Source: Eledone cirrhosa (lineage: Eukaryota). Taken from it: a DNA stretch of 64,000 bases. Below the pieces are notes generated by a model. The model saw nothing but the letters and a program-made list of their open reading frames with translations. It had not been told where the DNA came from and ran no database searches. Location: assembly GCA_964016885.1 (NCBI GenBank), contig OZ024745.1, positions 12,462,001 to 12,526,000 on the forward strand, given 5' to 3'. The position numbers were made by a program, and so were the translations under genes. This document shows, piece after piece, positions 1-12,411 of the stretch; positions within the stretch are counted from its first letter, which is position 1, and the number at the start of each line of letters is the position of its first letter.

Positions 1-740
1 AGGCAAACGGGGCGTAACTTGATGAAGGATCACTGGGCTAAGTGTATGGAGGCACAAGGTGCGTAACTTGAAGAAGGATCACTGGGCTAAGTGTATGGAG
101 GCACAAGGGGCGTAACTTGAAGAAGGATCACTGGGCTAAGTGTATGGAGGCATAAGGCGCGTAACTTGAAGAAGGATTATTGGGCTAAGTGTATGGAGGC
201 AAAAGGGGCGTAACTTGATGAAGGATCACTGGGCTAAATGTATGGAGGCACAAGGGGCGTAACTTGAAGAAGGATTATTGGGCTAAGTGTATGGAGGCAC
301 AAGGGGCGTAACTTGAAGAAGGATTATTGGGCTAAGTGTATGGAGGCACAAGGGGCGTAACCTGATGAAGTATCATTGGGCTAAGTGTATGGAGGCACAA
401 GGGGCGTAACTTGAAGAAGGATTATTGGGCTAAGTGTATGGAGGCACAAGGGGCGTAACCTGATGATGTATCACTGAGCTAAGTGTATGGAGGCACAAGG
501 GGCGTAACTTGAAGAAGGATTATTGGGCTAAGTGTATGGAGGCAAACGGGGCGTAACTTGATGAAGGATCACTGGGCTAAGTGTATGGAGGCACAAGGGG
601 CGTAACTTGAAGAAGGATCACTGGGCTAAGTGTATGGAGGCACAAGGGGCGTAACTTGAAGAAGGATCACTGGGCTAAGTGTATGGAGGCACAAGGGGCG
701 TAACTTGAAGAATGATTATTGGGCTAAGTGTATGGAGGCA
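1..740. repeat. 49-bp tandem minisatellite (~15 copies, runs off window start)
   Basis: Unit AGGCACAAGGGGCGTAACTTGAAGAAGGATCACTGGGCTAAGTGTATGG repeats head-to-tail with few variants. Confidence 0.97.
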
Positions 741-1098
741 ATTACTCCGGGCCCCTGCAGTGGGGATCCCACCAGTGACACCCTTAGCAATTTATTTGTG
801 ACCTCAGCTGGAATTTTTAGTTTTAGAATGGTTAAAATGTTTTAATTTGCTACCTGTATATATAACTTTTTAATTCCAGTTACTTGAGGCAAGCTAACCT
901 TGATATGTAAAATTTGAGGGGTTTGCTGTGTATTCTAGGTTTTTGTGTAAGAGAGCCCGAAAAACCTGAAGTGCCCCGGGCCCCCACCAAGGTCTAAATC
1001 CAACCTCCATAGTAAATTTTCATAGAAACCTTTTATTAGTTATACTTTGATTAAGAAGAACTTCTAAGATGTAAACATTATGATATTCCTTTTCCTAG

Positions 1099-1200
1099 GT
1101 AACTTTTGAACATTGTCAAACATTTGTTGATGACTGGATTCTTGTTGAAGAAGAAACGATTACAAAAGCTATATTTTTTATGCTTTCACAACATCAAATG
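1099..1200 (+). CDS. Penultimate exon of a PLP-dependent serine/threonine dehydratase / serine racemase family enzyme (fold type II)
   Basis: Acceptor tttcctAG at 1097-1098 and donor GTAAGG at 1201 bound 102 bp, phase 0: VTFEHCQTFVDDWILVEEETITKAIFFMLSQHQM. This matches the 'TF...VD..VLVSEEEI..A' segment of the family. Confidence 0.88.
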
Positions 1201-1481
1201 GTAAGGTTGTTTTTTATTTATTATTTTAGTATGGTTGAGACAACAAACTCATTATGTAGAAATTGGATGGGAGTCGTTGTCAACTGTTGATTATCTGATG
1301 GTATGTGGGTGAGATAGAAGGAAGCTTTGTGATACAGAGGTAGTCACAGGGGTGGAGGATATTATGTAGTTGAGGTTAAAATGTAGGAGGAGAGCTCAGC
1401 AGAAGAATTCAAGATCCCAGCAGAATTTTAACTCAGAACATAGAAGGACCAAATTAGGCACTAAATCTGGTATTCTGACTT

Positions 1482-2375
1482 TAATAGTAATAATAATGAA
1501 ATTATTGTGTACAGTGCTCAGGTGCACTACAACTCATCAAAGGTGCATGTATGGTACATAGAATAATATACAGATGTCAGGAAAGTGAATAGTGTATGAG
1601 TCATGATATACATGTGTGCGTGTGTATGGAGGGGGATATCAGGTGTAGTGTTGGTGAATCTCAGGAAGCATGGAGGTTTTAAAGGATGCAGTGTCTTGAC
1701 AGCTAACAACTGATGCAGGTAGTTTGTTCCATGGAGGTTTTAAAGGATGCAGTGTCTTGACAGCTAACAACTGATGCAGGTAGTTTGTTCCATGGAGGTT
1801 TTAAAGGATGCAGTGTCTCGACAGCTAACAACTGATGCAGGTAGTTTGTTCCATGGAGGTTTTAAAGGATGCAGTGTCTTGACAGCTAACAACTGATGCA
1901 GGTAGTTTGTTCCATGGAGGCTTTAAAGGATGCAGTGTCTTGACAGCTAACAACTGATGCAGGTAGTTTGTTCCATGCTTCAGCAACTCTAAGCATGAAA
2001 ACATGTTTCAGAAAGTCATGGGAGCTGTGCTGTTTTCTGACTTTGTAGGCATGTCCACGTGTGTTAGACACATGGAAATCAAAAATGTGCTCAGGGTTGT
2101 TGTTGGCAAGATGGTTAATAATTTGGTGGGTGTCTACCAAGTCAGTTGCCAGACGTCGGAGCTTTAATGTGTCCATGCCCAGGGAAGCAAGGCATTCAGA
2201 GTATGGTAGATGCCTGATGGAGGGTATTCACTTGGTTGCACATCCCTGAACAGGTCAATGTTCTGAGCAAGATAGAGGTTCCAGAGTGGTGATGCAAATT
2301 CTAAGTGTGGCCACACCATAGCTATGTACAGCTTTAAGTAGATAGCTGGAGAGCGACTGACAAAGGTCTTTGCTG
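1482..2375 (-). mobile_element. 5'-truncated CR1/L2-group LINE in the dehydratase intron
   Basis: Minus-strand peptides (KTFVSRSPAIYLKLY..., RVAEAWNKLPASVVSC) and the 3' UTR with (ATT)n tail match the full-length LINE at 46.9-47.7 kb. Confidence 0.92.
1669..1975. repeat. 61-bp tandem repeat (5 copies) expanded from the LINE ORF2 C-terminus
   Basis: Unit CATGGAGGTTTTAAAGGATGCAGTGTCTTGACAGCTAACAACTGATGCAGGTAGTTTGTTC starts at 1669, 1730, 1791, 1852 and 1913. Confidence 0.95.
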
Positions 2376-2430
2376 CCAGACAGCAGACAGTCCAAGATAT
2401 CATAAAATTTAATTACTTTTTCTCTTGCAG

Positions 2431-2574
2431 GTTATTGAAGGTTCTGCTGGAGTTTCTCTTGGAGCATTTATTGCTAATGCGCCTCGCTTTGCTGGTCAGA
2501 AAAGTGTTATATTAGCTTGTGGTGCCAACATTTCAATGATGAAACTTAAGGATATCATCAATGCAGCAGTATAA
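2431..2574 (+). CDS. Terminal exon of the same dehydratase/racemase-family gene
   Basis: Acceptor ttctcttgcAG; in frame with the previous exon: VIEGSAGVSLGAFIANAPRFAGQKSVILACGANISMMKLKDIINAAV*. Contains the family 'IEG(S/A)AG' and 'CG(G/A)NI' motifs. AATAAA at ~2584. Confidence 0.9.
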   Translation, partial: VIEGSAGVSLGAFIANAPRFAGQKSVILACGANISMMKLKDIINAAV

Positions 2575-2640
2575 AGAATAGAAAATAAATATTTTGAAGT
2601 TAAGATATAATTCTTTCATTTATATATAAATACAGAAGAC

Positions 2641-3132
2641 TTGCCTTCCCATGCATACAGATTGAAGCCTACATCTAGTATGTACCACTTAACCACTATC
2701 CTTCCCCTGCCATACACTACCCCACACTATAAAGTAGTTGCGTTGCTGTCATGGGAAGGTGGGTCTTCTGTATTACTGCATAACGCCAAAAATCTTGATC
2801 CTATTTTGTTGCTTTTAAGAGGTGCAATTGTGCAAGGTCAGCTTTTATCACCTCATCCCAGGTCTTCCTATTCCATAGTTTCCATCAACTTTGAGTACTC
2901 TACTCCTTTTTATACAGCTGTCATCCTTCCTACACATCATATGGTCATACCAACACAATCTCCTCTCATGCACACTGCATCTGATTCCTCTAATGCTAAA
3001 TTTCTCTTTTAGTTCATTTATGCTTTACCATTCATGTATATTACTATTACACATTCATCAGAGCAAACAGGCTTCATTTCTTTCCAATCTTCACAGGACC
3101 TAGGTCTCACTACCATGCAATATTGCTGTTCC
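2641..3132 (-). mobile_element. Degraded RTE LINE 3' fragment
   Basis: The reverse complement resembles the RTE C-terminus and 3' UTR at 56150-56600. Confidence 0.8.
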
Positions 3133-3553
3133 TCTTTCAAATTTGACCTTTGGCGCCTAAAAATATCTTGGTAACACAACTAAACACCATATATAGTCAT
3201 TTGTATGTATGGACCTGTAACTCCTGATGAAGTGATAGGGGCACCCTAATGACATACAGCATTTCTTGGCCATTTAAAACCTGGTGAAGCTCATCTCTTC
3301 TCTCATAAGGCAAGCAATATGTGACAGAGGAATCAATGATAAAATGGAGTGTAGACTTATATTTGACATCAATATTTTGCTGATTTTCACCAACTTCAAC
3401 ATCAAAAAGATACCAAAACACCCGAAGTGATTGCATTACAATGAAACACTGTTTTAATACATTTTTACAGAATATCTTTAGTACTTGCTGTCTTTACATT
3501 TTCATTTCTCTCAGCATGTGATTGGCTGAAAGTAAACAAATATTCAAGAAACT

Positions 3554-3967
3554 GGCACTACAACGCTATTAGCTGTCAGTCCAGTGGAAAACAGGCGAAG
3601 GTGACGTCACTCGTCAACATCGTTTATTTCCGTATTACTACCACGCGTAAGTGGAGTTTTCACGCGGTTTTTTGAGAGAGAGAGGGAAGAGGAGAGAGAG
3701 AGGGAAGACTTAAAAGGGCCAAATTAGAAAACAAATAGAAAAAACAAATAGAAAACAAGTCATGGTTATAAAGCATATCGATGTAAGTGGAGTTACTTAA
3801 ATGAAAATATAGGTGGCCCTTAAAAGGGCCAAATTAGAAAACAAATTTAAGTTAATTAGAAAACAAGTCATGGTTATCAATGTAGAAAACAGGTCATTCA
3901 TAAATTTAAGTTTTATAATCAAATTTTTTTTACCAACAAATATGACAGCTAATAGCGTTGTAGTGCC
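3554..3967. mobile_element. MITE-like 414-bp unit at the left end of the giant element (internal inverted TIR copy)
   Basis: TGACAGCTAATAGCGTTGTAGTGCC at 3943-3967 is a 25-bp inverted copy of the left TIR, but it is not followed by the AAGAAACT TSD. Confidence 0.7.
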
Positions 3968-4002
3968 CGCAATTCTGTATCTTTACGTATATTGCGCATA
4001 GA

Positions 4003-4243
4003 TACGAGGGTTGACAAAGATACTCTCATGGAATGTGACCAAATGAGGTTTATTTTTCAACATAGTCTCCCTTGCGTTCCACACACTTCTTCCATCGGTG
4101 TTGCAGTACTGAGATCAATGTTTTCCTCGGTAGTGGCAGTTGTAGGACGTCCAGACATTGGGTCATCTTCAAGAATCCCCTATCCTTTCCTAAATTCGGC
4201 TGCCCACTTTTGCACAAAGGAAAATTGTGGTACAATATTGTAA
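4003..4243 (-). mobile_element. Mariner transposon 3' end fragment
   Basis: TA-CGAGGG terminus. Minus-strand peptide ...LQHRWKKCVERKGDYVEK* is the typical mariner transposase C-terminus. Confidence 0.85.
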
Positions 4244-4975
4244 GGTCTGCTTATAGCATTATCCATCTTTCAAAAATGAAGGTCCACATTTCGTCGACTT
4301 CAATACACTTTATTACATTTTATTGTATTGTAAACATTAACTTTTATGGAAATTGTATTACAAAATTTCAATTTAGTTCGATTTTTTGGAATTTATTTAA
4401 CAAACATGGAAAAATAAGAAAAATAAGAAAAAGAATAAAATAATTTGATTGCCTTTAATAAAGAAGATAAATAGAGTAGAACTGATTTCCAAGTCATACT
4501 AATGAAACAAGGTTTTTTTCCATTACTGATATTATCTGTCTGCCGCAAGTCCTGGTAGAAGATGCTACATGAACTAAAGTATTTTACTGAAGGACGCAAC
4601 ATGCTGCAGGATCGAAGAAACGAGCCCATGACTTTATAATGGTTAGTCCAGTACCGTAACCTCTAAGGCATGTGCCTTCACAGAGGAAAGGTAAATCATA
4701 TTATAACAGATTAGATGGGTACTATGTTAGATATTACTATGTGTCATATTATACCAAAGAGGAAGTGAGCTGTATAATAAACATTGATATCAGGTTGATT
4801 CAATAACTACCCGGTCCCAAATATGAACCCATGAACTAATGGTCGTCAGTCAAACACTTTAACCATTGTATGTATGTATACACGTATGGATCGATGGATG
4901 TATGTATGTGTGTATACATGTATGTATGGATGTATGCATACATGTATATATGTAAGTATGTATGCGTGTATGAAA

Positions 4976-7430
4976 ACAACTGGAAGGACTTCAGGAGCTC
5001 GGTCTATGAGGCTTCAGCAGAGGTCCTTGGCTTTGTCACAAGAAAACAAGGACTGGTTTGATGAGAATGACCAGGAGGTCAAGGCTCTGCTAGACAGAAA
5101 ACAAAAGGCACTTGATGCAGTTCTTAAAGGTGGTAGCTCTGTTGGTGACAATTATGAGTGTTACAGACAGGTAAAGAAGGAAGTGCAGGTGAAACTCAGG
5201 GCTATGCAAAATACCTGGTGGAGCAACAAAGCAGATGAAGTTCAAGTGGCATCTGACGGCAACAATGTGAAACTGCCGCACTTTCTACTCACAGAGGTGT
5301 ATGGCCCTTTCAGCTCTCCAGTGGCCCCTTTGAGATCGAAAGATGGCAAGCAATTACTGCGTGACCCAAAAGACACTCAACAGATAGAGAGATCACTTTG
5401 ATGAGCTCTTAAACCAACCATCCCAGGTTGATGATGATTTCCTTTGTTCCATTCCTATTGAACCAGTGAAGCATATGAGATGGATAATGTATCTTCTCTT
5501 GCAGAGGGGACTTCTGTTGTGCATAAGCTGAACTGTGGTAAGTCTCCTGGTATGGATGGTCTGAGTGGAGCGGTTTTGAAGTGTGGTGGTGAAAACTTCA
5601 CGCAGCGCATGACTGACCTCATGAAAATGGTGTGGGAAGATAAGAATGTCCCACAAGAAGGATGCGCTCATGGTGATTCTCCATAAAGTAAAGGACGGCA
5701 AGGACAAATGTGGCAATTATCATGTCATATCCCTTCTTTCAGTAGTTGGTAAAGTTGTGTCGAATATTGATGGATAGATTGATCCCAAGAGTTGCTCTGA
5801 ATGTGTTGCCTGAGTCGCAGTGTGGGTTCAGAAACGACAGAGGAACAGTGGATATGATCGTTTCTGCTCGGCAGCTGCAAGAAAAGTGTATCGAACAATG
5901 TATGGACCTCTACCAGGTCTTTGTTGACTTGACAAAGGCCTTTGACACTGTCAATCGAACTGCATTGTGGGAAAAAATCCAAGGTAGGGTAGAAGATTCT
6001 GCATCTTTTCCATGATGACATGAAGGCTTTGGTCAGTATTGGTGGTAGCATCTCTGAACCAATATCAGTTGAAAATGGAGTGAAGCAGGGGGACATTCCG
6101 GCTCCAACTCTGTTTTCCTTATATTTTACGATAGTGTTTCTCATGGCATTCAAATATTGTTCTCATGGGGTTTACATCAGGTATCGCACTTCAGGAAGGT
6201 TGTTCAACACCAGGCGCTTTGGTACAAGCACAAAAGTATTAACATCTATAATCCGAGAGTTTTTGTATGCAGACGACTGTGATCTTTTTGCACACTCACA
6301 AAGTGACATGCAGCATATTATGAACTCTTTTTCTGCAGCCTGCAGCATTTTAGGCGTCACAATAAGCTTGGAAAAGACTGTTGTGATCTATCAGCCAGTA
6401 CCTGGAAACGAGTACACTGCACCAAGTGTGTACGTGTACGGAAAGAGGCTAAACGTTGCTGACAAGTTTCTTTACCTTGGTAGTACGTTGAACACTTCAT
6501 GCACACATGATAATGAAATATCCTTAAGAATCAAGAAAGCCAGTGATGCTTTTGGACGGCTGCATCAACGTTTATGGTCCAGACGAGGTATCACTATCGA
6601 AACCAAGGTGAAAGTGTATCTGACTTGTGTCGTCTCCTCTTTACTTTATGTTTGTGAAACGTGGGTCACATACAGAAAGCACCTCAAGGATCTGGAGAGA
6701 TTTCCCCAACAATCCCTTCATAAGTTACTTGGGGTGTGGTGGAAAATGTTCGCCAGTGACTTGGAAGTTCTAGAACGGAGCAGGTGCGTGACTATAGAGA
6801 GCATAATCTTTCGGTTGAGGTGGTACAGTCACGTGGTCCGGATGTCTGATGATCGTATTCCAAAACAACTTCTCTATGGAGAACTGTGTGAAGGAAGGCG
6901 ACCACCACATAAACCAAAATGGCGGTATCGGGACTGTATCAGGGGCACCTTGGCTTGTGCTGGAATTTCATCTGACGAATGGGAGAAAATGGCTGACGAG
7001 CGTGTGAAGTTTGATCAAGTCAGGTGGTGAACACTTTGAAACTCGTCGGAGAGAACACCTAACACTGAAAAGGAAGGTGAGGATTGAGACTGTTCTGAAC
7101 TGCCTGCTGTTGAACATCATCTGGTTTGCCAGCACTGTGGTCGAGTCAGCCTGAGCAAAGCTGGTTTGATTAGACATGAATAAAGTCATATCAGTAGACC
7201 TCATGTAGATCATGATCTGAAAATGTACAAGCATAGGAGGTCTTAAAAGATACATGTGAACATACAGCCAGAACAAAGCAATGGAAGGTTTCGGGGGAGC
7301 CTAAAGTTGCCATGTGTGTGCCAGAGGGTGCAAGTATTTGGCTGGTTTAAAGAGTCACATTTGTGCTTCACATTTTTGAACATTTTATCGGGCGATGGCA
7401 ATACTTGAACACGAGTTTGCAGCCATCATA
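4976..7430 (+). mobile_element. 5'-truncated, frameshifted RTE (BovB-like) LINE
   Basis: Broken ORFs carry WFDEND, KSPGMDG, LPESQCGFR..RGTVDM, FVDLTKAFDTV, GVKQG, FLYADD and RIPKQLLYGEL motifs, with C-terminal C2H2-like remnants (CQHCGR, CHVCARGC). Confidence 0.93.
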
Positions 7431-8019
7431 TAGTATGTATGTATGTATGTTGGGTCACTCTTGAGTGCTATTAGTAACATGTAACCCAGTACAACCTGTC
7501 GCGTGGTCGGGTCGTCGGCGACTAAACCGGCAACCCCACCAAGTTTACTTGGTGAGGAGGGTGATTTTGGACACCCTGCAGGACAAAAAACAAAACCTGA
7601 CAAAGGGCGGAAGATCTCATAAGAGTCAACGGCCATCCAAAAGTGCGTAAATATGTATATACACATGTACATATGTATGTATATGTATGTGTGAATATAC
7701 ATGGGTGCATGTGTATGCACATACGCGGGGACATAGAAATAATTGGGCTGGACACCCGATTGCGCGGTTAAACCACTGGGTGTGAAGGACCCCTAGCCTT
7801 TGTCAGGGCATTCTTCTAGGTGAAGGCAACTCAGGAAACTGGGATAACTCCGATATAAAACCTGCGGCTCAGTAGTTACCGATGATGTTGATATTTTCTT
7901 CTTTTCGGGTTATAGCTACTGTCGCTCAGAGAGTGGGATTGGCTCAGTGCACAGTCTTTCCTCATTTAAAAAAATATCTTCATGCACAGGCATTGCACGA
8001 TAAAATTAATTAATAATAC

Positions 8020-8152
8020 GGCCCTTGCCATTCTGAGTTCAAATCCCGCCAAGGTTAACTTTGCCTTTCATCATTACGGGGTCGATAAAATAAAGTACCA
8101 GTAATGCACTGGGTAATTGCTGGCCTTGTGCCTAACGTAGAAACAATTATTA
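8020..8152 (+). mobile_element. tRNA-derived SINE family 1 (Meta/Sauria-like core), 5'-truncated
   Basis: B box GAGTTCAAATCC and core GCCTTTCATC..ACGGGGTCGATAAAATAAAGTACCAG, shared with many copies in the window. Confidence 0.85.
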
Positions 8153-8409
8153 ATAATGGTATATCGTGCAATGGGCAGCCATCATGTATGCATGCATGCG
8201 TGTATGTATGTGTGTGTTTGAGTGTATATATATATATATATGTGCATGTGGGTGTGTATATATATATCTCCATATACATATTTATTCAGCTGATATAGGC
8301 TGGATTGGTTGGAATATTCTGACGCGAATTCTTTCTGCTCTGTTAAATCGAAACAAATCTTGACTTTTTATTTGAGGTTTTCTATATAAGAGACCGGGAG
8401 AACATGTTG

Positions 8410-9020
8410 ATACTATGAAGGCCATTTTTCCTAAGCCGCCTGGACTATTGCTCCCAGCTGTGGTCACCCCCATAGTATCAAACTAACCACGGAACTTGAG
8501 AAAATCCAACGAAGCTACACCAAGAGGATTGCACAATGAAGGAGATGAGCTACTAGGAGAGGCTAAAAGAACTGAAACTCTACTCCTTGGAACGAAGACG
8601 GGAGAGATACGCAGTGATATACATATGAAAAATCCTGGAGGGACTAGCGCCAAACTTTGGTATTGAGAGCGGGACCAACCCCCGAACAGGACGTCACTGT
8701 GTGGGGACAAAGGTCCCGTCTTCCACATCTAGAACAAGAAGCAGATATTGCAATAGACTGGGGTTCAAAGGCCCTCAACTCTTCAACAAACTGCCGAGGG
8801 ATTTGAGAGATCTACATGGTGTGGCCGTGGATATTTTCAAGAAACTTCTTGACACCCTGTTATCCAGGATCCCGGTACGAAGGTAACCTAAAGGCAGCAG
8901 CAACGAACTCCCTCTTACATCAATGGCCAGCCAACACAGGCTGGAGATAGAATGTGTAGCAACAAGGGCAGTGCCCAATCATGGTCTCAGCCGGATGGCT
9001 GGAACAGCTACAAGAGTATA
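8410..9020 (+). mobile_element. CR1-group LINE 3' fragment (second family)
   Basis: Translates RLKELKLYSLERRRERY...FKGPQLFNKLPRDLR...FKKLLDTLLSRIP. A second copy lies on the minus strand at ~11725-12025. Confidence 0.85.
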
Positions 9021-9379
9021 TATATATATTTAATATAGAAATGGCTTCAACAGGACTAGAACTGTTTCATACGGAGGAAATCATCAGAAAAGCTGACTGT
9101 CAATGTAATATGGTGGTATTTTCTGGTGGTAGGGGAGGGTAGTAAATTGATGCTAAGTAGTCAAACACATACACACTGACAGGCACTCCTAATTTTCAAG
9201 ATTCATTTATTCTAAAACAAAAGGTTTTCATTGAGTGGCAATATTAAAATGCTCTGCTAAAAGATATAAATGTGTGTGTATACATATATATATGTGTGTG
9301 TTTGTGTATATATATATATGTGTGTGTGTGTTTGTGTATATATATTTGTGTGTGTGTATATATATATATATGTGTGTGT

Positions 9380-10362
9380 GTGCAAATTTCAATAATATTA
9401 ATACACCCTAATGGGGGTTAAACTCCCTATAGTGAAAAGTTTGGCCAATAAATGGAACAAGATTTTACGAACTTATCCTCTGGTTTTGGAGATAGACCCC
9501 CATAACCATATATATTCTGAAACTACATTGCCCAGGGTACTTGTATAAGTATATTTCATTTTAATCAAAGGGTTCATCGGGGGCACAAAACCGCCGCTGA
9601 TACTTTACCTTCGATTTATATGAAATTTAAACCATAGGTAAATGACAAGATATGATGCCTATTCACATCATTTCAGCAAATTTCAATAAAATTACAATAC
9701 CCTAAATCTGAGTTAAACCCTCTATTAGGGTTCACCAGAGGGCACAAAATCCCCGCTGAAAGTTTTTTCGGTTCGATTTATATGCAATTTAAACCATAGA
9801 TAAATGAAGAGATATGATGCCTATTCACAAAATTTCAATACTATAAGACACCTTAATACTATAAGACTCTATTAGGGTTCCCCGGGGGTACAAACCCCCG
9901 CTGAAAACTTCTCCCTTTCATTTTATATGAAACTTAAACCATAGGTAAATGACAAGATATGATGCCTATTCACAAAAGTTTCAATTGATATTTTGAAAAA
10001 AATTATTTACAAGAAACAAAATAAGAATAAGATTTAATAATGCAATTTTGATTTGATATATTACAAAAAAATGATGTTTTCCAATTTTTCATGCATTATA
10101 TTTTACAGCATAGTTACGTCCCTTTACGATCTGAGTTCAAATCCCGAGGTTGACTTTATTTTATCGACCCCGTAAGGATGAAAGGCAAAGTACCAGTAAT
10201 GCACTGGGTAATTGCTGGCCTTGTGCCTAAAGTAGAAACAATTATATTTTACATTGAGTAATATTGAGTTTTTCTCCATAAATTATATCACTGATTTAAA
10301 ATCAATCATTTTCTTACAAAAAAAATGAGTGAAACGCAGCAAGGCGCTGGTAATTCGGCTAG
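9380..10362 (+). mobile_element. Probable non-autonomous Helitron with internal ~150-bp repeats
   Basis: AAACCATAG(G/A)TAAATGA..AGATATGATGCCTATTCACA recurs at ~9629, 9791 and 9936. The 3' end has a CAGC-AAGGC-GCTG hairpin followed by CTAG|T (10359-10362). 5' boundary uncertain. A SINE piece is inserted at ~10106-10245. Confidence 0.55.
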
Positions 10363-10404
10363 TATATATATATATGTGAGTGTGTGTATATATATGTGTG
10401 TATG

Positions 10405-11325
10405 TGTATGTAGGAGAGGTGTAGGTAGAAACTCCATCCTCCGCCACATATTCAAACTATGGATACACAAGAGATGTAGTGGGATCTCAGGAAGTTTAGT
10501 TAAGAATGTAGGCTTTACATGTAGCAGTTGGACAAGTGACATCAAAGTCTGGGAGGACTTGGTAAAAACAATACCGAATTAGCAGCGGAGGGGGTGTTCT
10601 GAAAGGATGGGATGGAAGAAGTTGAGGGAGCTACTGCCGCAGCTGGATACAAAAGGCTTTTCCCTCAGAATAAAAGGTAGACTGTATGATGTGTGCACAT
10701 GAACGGCAATGTTGCATGGTAGTGAGAGCTGGGTGCTGTGTGTAGAAGACTTGCGTAGATTAGAAAGGAATGAAGCTTGTATGCTCCGATGGATGTGTAA
10801 TAGTAATATACGCGAACAGCAAACCATAAACAAACTGTAAGAGAAACTAGGCATAAGAGGAATCAAATGTGCAGTAGAGGAGATTATGTTGGTATGGACA
10901 TGTGATTCGTATGAAGGATGACAGCTACATAAAGTCCCAGAAAGACTTGAGATGAAGTGATAAAAGCCGACCTTGCCCAATTGCATCTCTGAAAGGCAAT
11001 GACACAGAACCAAGATCTCTGGCGTTATGAGGTAATACAGAAACCCCAACTTCCCACAGGCCAAGGCTGAAACATACATACAGTATGCACCACTCCATCC
11101 CACATGCCAATATATCTTTCATGAGAACAGGCCGAAACACTGTAAAGTGGTCGTGATGGTGACACGGTAAAAAACACCCAGTCCACACTGTAAAGTAGTC
11201 GTGGAGGAATCACAACAAAAAAAACCCAGTACTCACTGTAAATGAACTTGGCATTAGGAAGGGCATCCAGCTGTAGAAACCAAGCCAAAATCAGTTCTTT
11301 ATGAGCAAGACATGGTCACCTGACC
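10405..11325 (+). mobile_element. Deleted RTE LINE 3' part (PHD-finger family)
   Basis: CRRGVGRNSIL...WIHKRCSGISGSLVKNVGFTCS and the downstream sequence match 55770-56750. Confidence 0.88.
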
Positions 11326-11655
11326 GCACATGGCTCAGTGGTTAGAGCATTGGGCTTGCAATTGAAAGGTTGTGAGTTTAATTCTCGGACTGAGTGATGT
11401 GTTGTTTCCTTGAGCAAGACACTTTATTTCACATTGCTCCAGTTTACTCAGCTGTAGAAATGAGATGATAGGACTGGGGTCCCTATCATTCCACGGCAAA
11501 AAAAAAACAGCCAGCACTCACTGTAAATTAAGTTGGTGTTAGGAAGGGCATCCAGCTGTAGAAATCAAGACAAGGTCAGCCGACCGGACACTGCCCACAA
11601 CAGGACAACCCATGCTAGCGTAGAAGAACTGACATAAATGATGATGATGATGATG
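11326..11655 (+). mobile_element. tRNA-derived SINE family 2 (CORE-like body, RTE-derived tail)
   Basis: A box TGGCTCAGTGG, degenerate B box, TCCTTGAGCAAGACACTT core and GGTGTTAGGAAGGGCATCCAGCTGTAGAAA...(GAT)n tail. Confidence 0.87.
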
Positions 11656-11724
11656 AAATATAATAGAGTTTTATAGCTTGCTTGAAGCATTGATGAATAG
11701 GAAACACAAATTAAAATTTTGAAA

Positions 11725-12025
11725 ACCAAGTTGAGGGCCTTTGAACCCCAGGCTGCTCCTGATTCTAGATGTGGAAGACGGGACCTTTGGTACCACACAG
11801 TGACGTCCTGTTCGAGAATTGGTCCAGCCCTCAATGCGAAAGTTTGGTCTTAGTCCCGGCAGGATTTTCCATATGTATATCATTGCGAAGGGTAGAGTTT
11901 CAGTTCTTTTAGCCTCTCCCAGTAGCTCATCTCCTTCATTGTGCAATCCTCTTGGTGTAGCTTCGTTGGATTTTCTCAAGTTCCGTGGTTAGTTTGATAC
12001 TATGGCGTGACCACAGCTGGGAGCA
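11725..12025 (-). mobile_element. CR1-group LINE fragment
   Basis: Reverse complement of 8450-8780 (IYIWKILPGLRPNFRIEG...RTGRHCVVPKVPS). Confidence 0.85.
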
Positions 12026-12368
12026 TTCATCATCATTTCATTTTATGTCCACTTTTTCCCTGCTTGCAAGGGTGGGACGGGAACTGATTCTGGCTTGATT
12101 TCTACAGCTGGATGCTGTTCCTAACACCAACCTCATTTACAGTGAGTGCTGGGTGCTTTTTTCCCCGTGGCAACTCCACATCCACTTTACAGTGTGGGCT
12201 GGGTGCTTTTTTGTCATGGCACCTCCACGACTGCCAGTCCTATCATCTCATTTCTACAGCTGAGTAAACTGGAGCAATGTGAAATAAAGTGTCTTGCTCA
12301 AGGAAACAACACATCACCCGGTGTGAGAATTGAACTCACAACCTTTCGATTGCAAAGCCAATGCTCTC
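12026..12368 (-). mobile_element. SINE family 2 copy
   Basis: Reverse complement matches 36317-36660. Confidence 0.85.
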
Positions 12369-12411
12369 AATATGTACACACACAGTAATAATAATACATA
12401 TGAAGACTAAA

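Noticed and set aside
1-740. CRISPR-like array
   Set aside because: Units are contiguous tandem copies with no unique spacers, there are no cas genes, and the context is eukaryotic.
7452-7540. HDV-like ribozyme (GTCG-TCGG-CGAC-TAA, ACC..GGT) at the start of a repeat
   Set aside because: P3/P4-like parts are present, but I could not build a consistent P1/P2 double pseudoknot by eye.
9050-9092. Minus-strand hammerhead CTGATGA...GAAAC
   Set aside because: Stem II cannot pair and stem I is weak; at best a dead relic.
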